Shown: piece after piece, positions 15,477-22,893 of the stretch | How the letters are laid out: each line of letters starts with the position of its first letter | How positions within the stretch are numbered: the first letter of the stretch is position 1 | IMG/VR virus record: IMGVR_UViG_3300036779_000011 | Coordinates: 1-33,601 of that record | Direction: 5' to 3' (one strand) | Length of the DNA: 33,601 bases | From: a virus | Lineage: Duplodnaviria; Caudoviricetes | The notes under the pieces: model-generated | The model's database searches: none | What the model was told of the DNA's origin: nothing | Seen by the model: the letters and a program-made list of their open reading frames with translations, nothing else | Position numbers and translations under genes: made by a program

Positions 15477-15638
15477 TCATGAACTTGTCATATGCCGTTG
15501 CGTCGTCATGAAGTCTTCGACCGCTTCCTGAATTGCCACCGCGAGTTCGATGGCTATCAGCCGCGATTCGATGCCCTCGTCGTCGCAAAAGTATTCCGCC
15601 AATTCAAGACACTTGCTATCGAACGTCTTCGAGCCCAT
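15477..15638 (-). CDS. Small hypothetical protein (53 aa; not in ORF track)
   Basis: MGSKTFDSKCLELAEYFCDDEG...LAVAIQEAVEDF...; AGGAG RBS and TGATG coupling. Confidence 0.75.
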   Translation of the reverse strand: MGSKTFDSKCLELAEYFCDDEGIESRLIAIELAVAIQEAVEDFMTTQRHMTSS

Positions 15639-16093
15639 CAGTTGATCTCCTGATTCTTGGGCGGGCGTCCGCGCTTCTTCGCGAACGGTTGCGCCTCTTC
15701 ATCGGGCGGCTGTGCTGGCGCGTCTTCGGTAACAACGAAGGCGAAGGTTTCCTGCAGTTCGTCCGACGTCATCGGTTCCTCACGGACCGCTTCGTGCGTG
15801 TCCAGCCTGATGTAAGACTTCATGCCGCGCCGGGGCACGTCGAACGTCACCACACACTCGGCGTCGCGCAGTTCATACCCCTGGTTGATCTTGTCGGTGG
15901 TGATCTTCACCCGGCCTTGCGCCTCATCGATGCGCGCGGTGATCGAACTAGTTACCTCTTTCTTTTGCGTCTGCAGACTGAAGACGTCCTGCGCTTCGCG
16001 CGCCAGTGTCTCGCCCAGAATGCGCTTTTCTTCCATCGTGAAGGTGTACTTCACTTGCTCAAGTACCACTTTCGGTTGTTTCGTTTCGCTCAC
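15638..16093 (-). CDS. Conserved phage hypothetical protein with C-terminal AT-hook
   Basis: Coiled coil, GYELRDAEC...RLDTHEAVREEPMT, KKRGRPPK; GGAGG RBS. Confidence 0.8.
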   Translation of the reverse strand: MSETKQPKVVLEQVKYTFTMEEKRILGETLAREAQDVFSLQTQKKEVTSSITARIDEAQGRVKITTDKINQGYELRDAECVVTFDVPRRGMKSYIRLDTHEAVREEPMTSDELQETFAFVVTEDAPAQPPDEEAQPFAKKRGRPPKNQEIN

Positions 16094-17094
16094 TTCGTTT
16101 CCTCCGGTTTCGGTGCTTCAGGCTTGTCGAGAATCTTGTCGCGCAGCCGGGTACGTTTGGCGGGTTCCAGTCCCTTGGCGGTGTCGCCTTCGGCGGGTTC
16201 GTCCTTCACCCGCAGGAGGTCCGGCCATGTGTACTGCCCTTCCTTCAGTCCGTTATAGATCGCGCCCAGATGTTGCAGGGCGTCGAGGGTCAATGATTCG
16301 AGTGACTGCCCATCTAAGTAATCCTTCAGCATGGCGGGCGTGATGCCCAGCGACCCGAACTTATCAAGGATCTTCTTCTTGGCGGAGTCCGGATCTTTGG
16401 CGGACTGATCGGCCACGGTCGCATCGATGGCGGCGCGGGCTTCGTCGAGGACGTCGCGCGGTAAGAGTCGCTGACCGTTGTCCCGGATGAGTTTCGAACG
16501 CTCCGCCCCCATCAGGTTGCGGAACTCGTCTTTAGTGGCTTCGAGCAGATACACCATGTCGCCGTAGGAGTTCTCACGGACGCCGCGCGCCGTTCTGCCC
16601 TTCTTTACTTCCTTGCGTTCGATCAGCTTGTCGATGGTCGCGTCGGTCGAATAGGCGACGTTGGTTTCCAGATCGAGAACCTTCACGGTAAGCAACGCGC
16701 GTTCGCCGTCCTCGTAGGTGATCCGTGCCGTGGTGTGGACGTTGCGCCACGCCATCAAAGCCGACTCTATGAACCGGATCGAGAAGTTAACCGCGAACGC
16801 GTCGCGCCACTGCCCCGTCGCCGGGTCTTTCTCGCGTCCGACCGGGCGATGATATAGCGCCGTGTCTGCGAAGCCCGGACGTCGGCAGTCTTTCAGGATG
16901 CGTAACCGAAACGTGTCGATGTCGCGCTGATTGCGGAGCGCCACCACGTAACTGGCTTCGATCTCTGCCTTGGCTGCGGCTGCGGCTGCGGTAGGCGCCA
17001 TGTCGCCCGAGACGCTCACCTCGTTCGCCAGCACTGTATCGCGCACGGTCACGGAACTGCCAGCCGTCTGCGCGGGGATCGTCTCTTCTTTCAT
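16090..17094 (-). CDS. Putative single-strand annealing protein (334 aa from MKEETI)
   Basis: Two genes from YqaJ; AEIEASYVVA...RD...ALYHRPVG...FSIRFIE..WRNV motif; function inferred from position. Confidence 0.55.
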   Translation of the reverse strand: MKEETIPAQTAGSSVTVRDTVLANEVSVSGDMAPTAAAAAAKAEIEASYVVALRNQRDIDTFRLRILKDCRRPGFADTALYHRPVGREKDPATGQWRDAFAVNFSIRFIESALMAWRNVHTTARITYEDGERALLTVKVLDLETNVAYSTDATIDKLIERKEVKKGRTARGVRENSYGDMVYLLEATKDEFRNLMGAERSKLIRDNGQRLLPRDVLDEARAAIDATVADQSAKDPDSAKKKILDKFGSLGITPAMLKDYLDGQSLESLTLDALQHLGAIYNGLKEGQYTWPDLLRVKDEPAEGDTAKGLEPAKRTRLRDKILDKPEAPKPEETK

Positions 17095-17390
17095 ACCGTT
17101 CGGTTCTCCTTCGTCTGTTTGAATTGTTTCGACTTCGGGCACGTCACGAAATGATTGGTGCCGTCGACGTTGTAGGGCGCGCTCTTGCCGTTCCGATGTC
17201 TCACCCAATAGATCGTGGCGGGGCAACCCTTACAGGCCGCTTCATCGGCGACCGAGTGTAGCAGGATGGCGATACCTTTCAGCACGCGCTGATGTTCCAC
17301 CAGTGCCCGGTGATGCTGCGCGACAAGCGCGGTTAACTGGTCCTGCAGTTGCGCCAACTGCGCGCCCAGGTTGATCGGGAAGCCGCTCAT
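17091..17390 (-). CDS. Coiled-coil plus Zn-binding hypothetical protein (99 aa from MSGFPI)
   Basis: CKGCPATIYW...NHFVTCP; ATGA overlaps at both ends. Confidence 0.75.
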   Translation of the reverse strand: MSGFPINLGAQLAQLQDQLTALVAQHHRALVEHQRVLKGIAILLHSVADEAACKGCPATIYWVRHRNGKSAPYNVDGTNHFVTCPKSKQFKQTKENRTV

Positions 17391-18550
17391 GTGGTCCGCT
17401 CTTTCACGTCTTCGATGAACTGCTGCCCCGCTTCCATCTCCGCCAGTAACTCGCGTACCGACTTCATGGGCGCGCCCATCGTGTTTACTCCTGCCGGTTC
17501 CAGTTCGATCAACTGCGCCGGTTCGGGCGGCACCACGCCTTCGGCGATGCGCGCGACGTCCTGCAGGAGTTCCGCGGAACCTGCGGCGCTCAGGACGGGC
17601 GGCAATTGACTGGCATCGCAGTCCCACAACAGACGCCGCGTGCCGGGTTTCGCGTACTGCTCCAGCAGTGCGGCGCGTTCCTTCACCGTGACCTCGCGTG
17701 ATAGCAGCATCTCGGCCAACTTCTTCCAATCGGTTCCGCCGCTCTTCGTCACGCGGTAAGTGATGCGACCAGCGGGCCATGCCAGTCCCTCGGCGTCTTC
17801 GAGTATCAGCTTGAGGCGCGTTTCGAGAGTCTCGCGCAATGTGTTCAGTTCGTCTTCCCGGATACGGATACGGGAATACTCGTCGAGCAGAAAGGCTTCC
17901 GTATCGGACGCCGCGCGCACCGGCTTCGTCTCTCTGGGGAACGCCTGCTTCAGCCAGCGGTCGACTTCATCGCTGCGGCGCGTGACCGGCGGGCGTTCGT
18001 TGCCGATCAGATAGCGCCGGTAGAACTCCTGCGCCCGGAACAGCATCTCCCGCTCCGCCTCCTGATCGCGATCAATCTGATAGATCCGGACGTCTTGACA
18101 GCCGACGAGGGCGCAGACGTCCCACACATCGTAGTCGGCTGCGGCCATGTACCACCAACACTGGGTGATGATGCGCGGCGGGATGTCGTCCGCCGTTTCG
18201 CCCCACTTATAACCCTGATCCCAACGCACGATCTTGGCGTCGACGCCGCGCCGTTCACTGCGGCATAGGCCGTCCGGAGTCCACACCATGTAGGGTCGCG
18301 TCGGGTCAAGCCGCGAGTCGTTACAGTACTCGGTCGCGCGCCCGGTGATGTGTTCATAGATCCTCAGTACGCCTTCTTCGAGCATTCGCCCGAGGATCAT
18401 ATACGTGGGCGCGTCGCGGTCCGCTATGGGCGTCAGGTTGCCCCGCTTTGATGCCCACACCGCGAGCGCGTCGCGGTCCGGATCGACGCCCAGTATGGCC
18501 CCGATCTCGGAACCGCCGATAGCCAGCTTTCGAAGAGCTTCGTTTAACAT
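17387..18550 (-). CDS. YqaJ-like (lambda-exonuclease family) recombination nuclease
   Basis: IGGSEIGAILG, GRMLEE, TPDG...DAK, QCWWYM motifs; start at MLNEAL after AAGGGA. Confidence 0.92.
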   Translation of the reverse strand: MLNEALRKLAIGGSEIGAILGVDPDRDALAVWASKRGNLTPIADRDAPTYMILGRMLEEGVLRIYEHITGRATEYCNDSRLDPTRPYMVWTPDGLCRSERRGVDAKIVRWDQGYKWGETADDIPPRIITQCWWYMAAADYDVWDVCALVGCQDVRIYQIDRDQEAEREMLFRAQEFYRRYLIGNERPPVTRRSDEVDRWLKQAFPRETKPVRAASDTEAFLLDEYSRIRIREDELNTLRETLETRLKLILEDAEGLAWPAGRITYRVTKSGGTDWKKLAEMLLSREVTVKERAALLEQYAKPGTRRLLWDCDASQLPPVLSAAGSAELLQDVARIAEGVVPPEPAQLIELEPAGVNTMGAPMKSVRELLAEMEAGQQFIEDVKERTT

Positions 18551-18552
18551 CG

Positions 18553-18711
18553 TTAGTCCCTTTCCGTCTCCAACGCCTTGATGTAGAGCGGCGCGCAGAC
18601 ATCGCACAACCAGAAAACGTCGACGAACTGCCGCCCCGGTTGGTTGTGGCAGCAGTCGCACAGATGGACGCGCGGGCACATCAGCACCGTGCGCGGTGCG
18701 GTGATCATCAT
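18553..18711 (-). CDS. Small Zn-finger protein (52 aa; not in ORF track)
   Basis: MMITAPRTVLMCPRVHLCDCC...WLCDVCAPLYIKALETERD*. Confidence 0.65.
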   Translation of the reverse strand: MMITAPRTVLMCPRVHLCDCCHNQPGRQFVDVFWLCDVCAPLYIKALETERD

Positions 18712-18738
18712 CCCCGGATTCCCTTTGATGGTTGATTA

Positions 18739-18954
18739 CTAACTGGCGCGCCTTCGCTTCACGCGCGCCTCTGAAACGGTCGGGATGTCGTCGACCTGTC
18801 CCGATGTCAGATGCCGTATCAGTAACTCATTGATCACCCGGCTGAAGGAACACGGCCCGAACTCCGCCTCGGTGCGCGCGTTGCAGTGAGCCTTTAGCCG
18901 TTCGTGCGCTTCTCGCGACACCATGACACCCAAACGAACACGATTCGACGCCAT
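18739..18954 (-). CDS. Ribbon-helix-helix (Arc/CopG-like) regulator
   Basis: RVRLGVMVS beta strand, REAHERLKAHC helix, SFSRVINELL helix; GAGGTG RBS; first gene after the promoter. Confidence 0.7.
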   Translation of the reverse strand: MASNRVRLGVMVSREAHERLKAHCNARTEAEFGPCSFSRVINELLIRHLTSGQVDDIPTVSEARVKRRRAS

Positions 18955-19069
18955 ACTACACACCTCTCCCGCCGCGCTGTAACGCGATTGTCACATCGGC
19001 GTTGCATTAAACTCCCAACAGTTTGTCGATTAAGGAAGCGCTTTGTCTGATCACGATTCCATGTTTTCG

Positions 19070-19098
19070 GTTATATGCCGATTCTGAGAAGCCGTCAA
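19070..19098 (-). promoter_or_regulatory. Sigma70-type early promoter
   Basis: TTGACG-17 bp-TATAAC in the AT-rich intergenic region 18955-19418. Confidence 0.8.
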
Positions 19099-19418
19099 TA
19101 CCCCGAATATCCTTCGCTAGCAGTTGTCTAGACACTTTATGTATTGATCCGCTGTAACTTTGACAGCGCGCAAATGTATCGACTTATGTCGAAAAAAAAT
19201 AACTCCATTTTCGAAACCCAATAAAAACAGATAGCCGACGCGGGCATCAAACAGGCGCGCGTTTCCCGCTGCGTGTTGAAACGTCCGGAGTCAATAACGG
19301 ACAAAAGGGTCTTAAAATATTTTTATTGCCTGCGTGCGTTGCGATAAGTCGCTCACTCGCCGCAGTGTCGCGCGTTACGATCCAAGCGCGACGTCCTGCA
19401 GTTGGTGAGTCGGCGCAC

Positions 19419-19670
19419 TTACTCGACGGGCGGAGTCGGCGCGATTGCGGGCTGCGGCTGTTCGATGCGTACTAACTCGCGCCGGTTGGGTGCCAGTTGC
19501 CAGTTACCGAGCATCTTGTGTTGGCGGAGGAAGTAATGCAGCACCGCGGAACGCGCCACGTTGATATTGGCGCGCGTCGCGTCGAGCTTACGATCCTCTT
19601 CGTCGAGTTCCGCCACCGTCTCGATGGCGGCGTCGTCCAATGGGTAGTTCTCGGGTTCGTTGTTCTGCAT
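19419..19670 (-). CDS. Small coiled-coil hypothetical protein after the tail fibre
   Basis: GGAGAG RBS; helical 83 aa. Confidence 0.75.
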   Translation of the reverse strand: MQNNEPENYPLDDAAIETVAELDEEDRKLDATRANINVARSAVLHYFLRQHKMLGNWQLAPNRRELVRIEQPQPAIAPTPPVE

Positions 19671-19680
19671 GTTGCTCTCC

Positions 19681-22600
19681 CTATGTCCCGTAGTAAGTCA
19701 GAATGCCTCTTGAAAAGCCCAGCTTCCAGCCGTTCGACAGCGCGACCGTCAGCGTATCAAGGCCCGCCAGATAGTTGTTCTGATTCGGACTCCACGCATA
19801 GAACCACTGCCCGTAATGATAGTTCTGGTTGTTAATGGCAGTGCCGCCGTTGACGAAGTAGCCCGACCCGCCGTTGACGTTGACGCTGTTCGAGGTGATG
19901 ATCTGGCCGGACGTGTTGACTCCGCCCACGCCGACGAAGCGATAGCTCGTATCGATCAAGGTACTTCCGTTCATGAAGTAGCCCGAACCATTGTTCACGT
20001 TGACGCTGTTTGATGTGATGATCTGCCCGGACGTGTTCACGCCACCATCGCCAACGAAGCTGCGGGGAGCATTTGCGGGCGAGGGCGACGTGCCGATCAC
20101 CTGTACTTGGTTCATCCGGAAGCCGACATCGCAATTGACGACGCCCGGTGCCTGAATGTTGATACCTGCCGTGGCGATGAACTGCCCGGTGTTACTGATC
20201 AGCGCGTTGCCGGGATAGGAGATGTAAAACCCGTTGTTCGCTACGATTGCTCCGGAGGTCGAGATCTGGCCGGTGGTGCTGATTCCTGCGGCACTGACGA
20301 AGACGCCGCCGTTATTGATTACTGGCGTACCGAAGACCTGGAAGCCGCCGTCCGCGCGGCAGATCGCGGTCGATCCGTCTAGCTGAATGTATCCGCTGGG
20401 GTTTGGAATCTCCAACACCGGCCAACCGTTCGGACCAATGGCGAACGATCCGTAACGCGTCGACCCGTTATAGATCACGATGCCGCGCGAGACGACGGAC
20501 GTCTTATAACTCCCGCCCGCGACGTTCAGCGCAAGGCTGGAGTAAGTCGAATCGAACGTCGCCGGACTCACGGTAAGCGCGGTGGCACTTCCCGCGTTGG
20601 TGATCGTGAGCGTGGCGTCCGTGATCGCGAGATTACCGCTGGTGTCGGTCTTCACCTTCGCATCGGTGTAGCTTCCGCCGCCCGCGCCGAAGACTTTGAA
20701 CCAACCGCCATAGTTGGAGCTTGCATCGAGCGTACCTATCTGAGCGATGCCGCCATTGCTCGCGTCGTATACGTTGATGCGTCCGGGGTGGCTTCCGGTG
20801 CCGCCGCCCACGTCAATGGAGTAAGTCGAGAGCTTATCGGACGAAACGGTCCCCACGGTAAGTTTCGCGCCGCTCACGTTGCCGATCTGGTTGTCGGCGA
20901 TCAGGCCGATGGTGATCGTCGCCGCGTTGATGTTGGCGATCTGCGAGCCCGAGATGGTGCCCGAGATCGTCGACGCGTTCACACTGGCGATCTGCGCGGC
21001 GTTGATCGTGCCGGTGATACTGGTCGCGTTGACGCTGGCGATCTGCGATGCCGTGACCGTGCCCTGTATCGCGTTGGCGTTCACCGTCGAGATCTGCGCG
21101 GCGGTAACTTGCCCGACGATGGTCGACGCGTTGACGGTCTGAATCTGCGCGGCCTGTATCTGCCCGGTGATCTGCCCCGCCGTGATGCTGTTGATCTGTG
21201 CGGCGAGGATCAAGCCCACGATAGACGTCGCCCGCATCGCTCCGATGTTAAAGAAATTCATCAGCGAGCCCTGCGGGTTATTGTTCTGCACCCACGTCGT
21301 ACCGGCTGCGTTGATCTGATAGAAGTTTCCGTCCGGCACATAGTAGAAAAACGAGTTCGGCGGGAAGTTGGCGTTCGGCATCGCGGGCAGATTAGCGGCT
21401 GTCTGAACCATCTGCACCGGAGTAAGCGGCGTTGCGTACTTGCTCAGGCTATCGATGATCTGGTTCGCCAGTTGAGACGAGACGATCACGCCCTGTATCG
21501 TCGTGGCGTTCACCGCGCCGATCTGCGACGCCTGCAGGACGCCCTGCACGCTCGTCGCGTTGACGGTCGCGATCTGAGAAGCCGACAACACGCCCGCGAT
21601 ACTGCTGGCATTGACGGTCGCGATCTGCGCGGCGGTTAGTTGCCCGATGATCGTCGACGCATTCACCGCGCCGATCTGCCCCGCGTTGAGTACGCCTTGA
21701 ATCGTTCCGGCGTTGACGCTCTGAATCGACGACGCGCTCAGTCCGGGCGGCGCGATGTTGGCGTCGGTGATGGTGCCCGCACCCGGCACGCTCGTCGTGA
21801 TCGGGACGTTCGATGTCGCCCACTTAGTCCGCTGATCGAGCAGCCGCAGGATGGTTTCAAGATCCGGCTTGGCCGCGCCGAACTGCGCGACGTACTCGAC
21901 GAGTGAAGCGTCCTGCCATTGCATCGCCAGAGAAATGATGGTGTAGTCGCCATCGATCCCCAGATTCTCTTCTTTGATGTGAACCTTCATGCCGCACTGC
22001 AGGCCGTCCGGTCCCCAGATCGTGAACGTACCCGTTTCGATGGGGTACGCATACGAGAGCACCATCGACTTGGCGCGCAGCGCGGCATCGTAGCCGGTGA
22101 CGATGGACGTGTCGACGAGGCCAGAGGCATACTCGCCATAGTCCTGAATCGAAACCGGGTCGGCGTAGTCGGCAAGGATCACCGCGCCCGTCGTCTGGTC
22201 CTGCAGCCCGCGCACATGGGCATGGTTGATGGGGTTGGTGAAGTCGCGCTTGTAGTTGTCGACGCGCACCGGGTACGTCGTCTGATAGTCCGGCGACGTC
22301 GAGAGTCCAAAGGGCGCAGCGGGCGCGTTGGTCGCGAGGTAGTAATGCAGGACGCCATCGAAGTCGACCTGCCAGGAACCCTGCGAGAGCGTCGAAAGAT
22401 CGTCGAGCACTTGGCGGCACGTCTTCGTGAGCCAGTCGAACTGCTGGATGGTCGGCACCAGTGCGGCGATGTTCGCGGCGTGTACCGTGATCGCGGGGCA
22501 AAAGTGACCCAGCAGTGCAAGGATGATGCTCTGATCGCTACCGGGAAGCGTGAGAACAAACGACGGGTCCCAACATACGGAGCGGTCCAGATACGCGCCC

Positions 22601-22893
22601 CAGTCGTTCAGATCGCACTGATAGAAGACGCTAAAACCGGGCGTGTCCGATTGTTTCAACGTCATGGCGAATATCTGCCCCTCGAATAGCTTCGTCACGC
22701 CGTCGCGCCCGTCGAGAATGATGACCTGCAGCATTTCTTCCGGAGCGTCTGAACCGGGCGCGTTGAGGGCGTGCGCCAGTACCGAGATACTCGCCGTGGT
22801 GATGCGTTTGGTCGAGTCGTAGTTAATGCGCGTCGCGGCCAACATACATGCGCTGGTCTTGTCCACGCCGTTGATCGTGATCGTGACGTTCAT
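19681..22893 (-). CDS. Tail-tip/hub plus fibre (receptor-binding) protein, 1070 aa
   Basis: Directly after TMP; N-terminal hub-like region (LFEGQI...WQVDFDGVLHY...SIQDYGEY), about eleven 17-aa repeats xxAxQIxxVNAxxIxGx, Gly/Asn-rich beta C-terminus. Confidence 0.85.
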   Translation of the reverse strand: MNVTITINGVDKTSACMLAATRINYDSTKRITTASISVLAHALNAPGSDAPEEMLQVIILDGRDGVTKLFEGQIFAMTLKQSDTPGFSVFYQCDLNDWGAYLDRSVCWDPSFVLTLPGSDQSIILALLGHFCPAITVHAANIAALVPTIQQFDWLTKTCRQVLDDLSTLSQGSWQVDFDGVLHYYLATNAPAAPFGLSTSPDYQTTYPVRVDNYKRDFTNPINHAHVRGLQDQTTGAVILADYADPVSIQDYGEYASGLVDTSIVTGYDAALRAKSMVLSYAYPIETGTFTIWGPDGLQCGMKVHIKEENLGIDGDYTIISLAMQWQDASLVEYVAQFGAAKPDLETILRLLDQRTKWATSNVPITTSVPGAGTITDANIAPPGLSASSIQSVNAGTIQGVLNAGQIGAVNASTIIGQLTAAQIATVNASSIAGVLSASQIATVNATSVQGVLQASQIGAVNATTIQGVIVSSQLANQIIDSLSKYATPLTPVQMVQTAANLPAMPNANFPPNSFFYYVPDGNFYQINAAGTTWVQNNNPQGSLMNFFNIGAMRATSIVGLILAAQINSITAGQITGQIQAAQIQTVNASTIVGQVTAAQISTVNANAIQGTVTASQIASVNATSITGTINAAQIASVNASTISGTISGSQIANINAATITIGLIADNQIGNVSGAKLTVGTVSSDKLSTYSIDVGGGTGSHPGRINVYDASNGGIAQIGTLDASSNYGGWFKVFGAGGGSYTDAKVKTDTSGNLAITDATLTITNAGSATALTVSPATFDSTYSSLALNVAGGSYKTSVVSRGIVIYNGSTRYGSFAIGPNGWPVLEIPNPSGYIQLDGSTAICRADGGFQVFGTPVINNGGVFVSAAGISTTGQISTSGAIVANNGFYISYPGNALISNTGQFIATAGINIQAPGVVNCDVGFRMNQVQVIGTSPSPANAPRSFVGDGGVNTSGQIITSNSVNVNNGSGYFMNGSTLIDTSYRFVGVGGVNTSGQIITSNSVNVNGGSGYFVNGGTAINNQNYHYGQWFYAWSPNQNNYLAGLDTLTVALSNGWKLGFSRGILTYYGT

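Noticed and set aside
5817-18679. Longest-ORF starts (6272, 7261, 9139, 11589, 11843, 17226, 17780, 18679)
   Set aside because: They overlap neighbouring genes or lack an RBS; downstream starts with RBS or ATGA coupling fit better
19849-20060. DGR-like TR/VR pair at the tail-fibre C-terminus (~90-bp repeat, 120-bp period)
   Set aside because: Differences are mostly synonymous and not adenine-specific, both copies are in frame, and no reverse transcriptase is present; this is an ordinary module duplication
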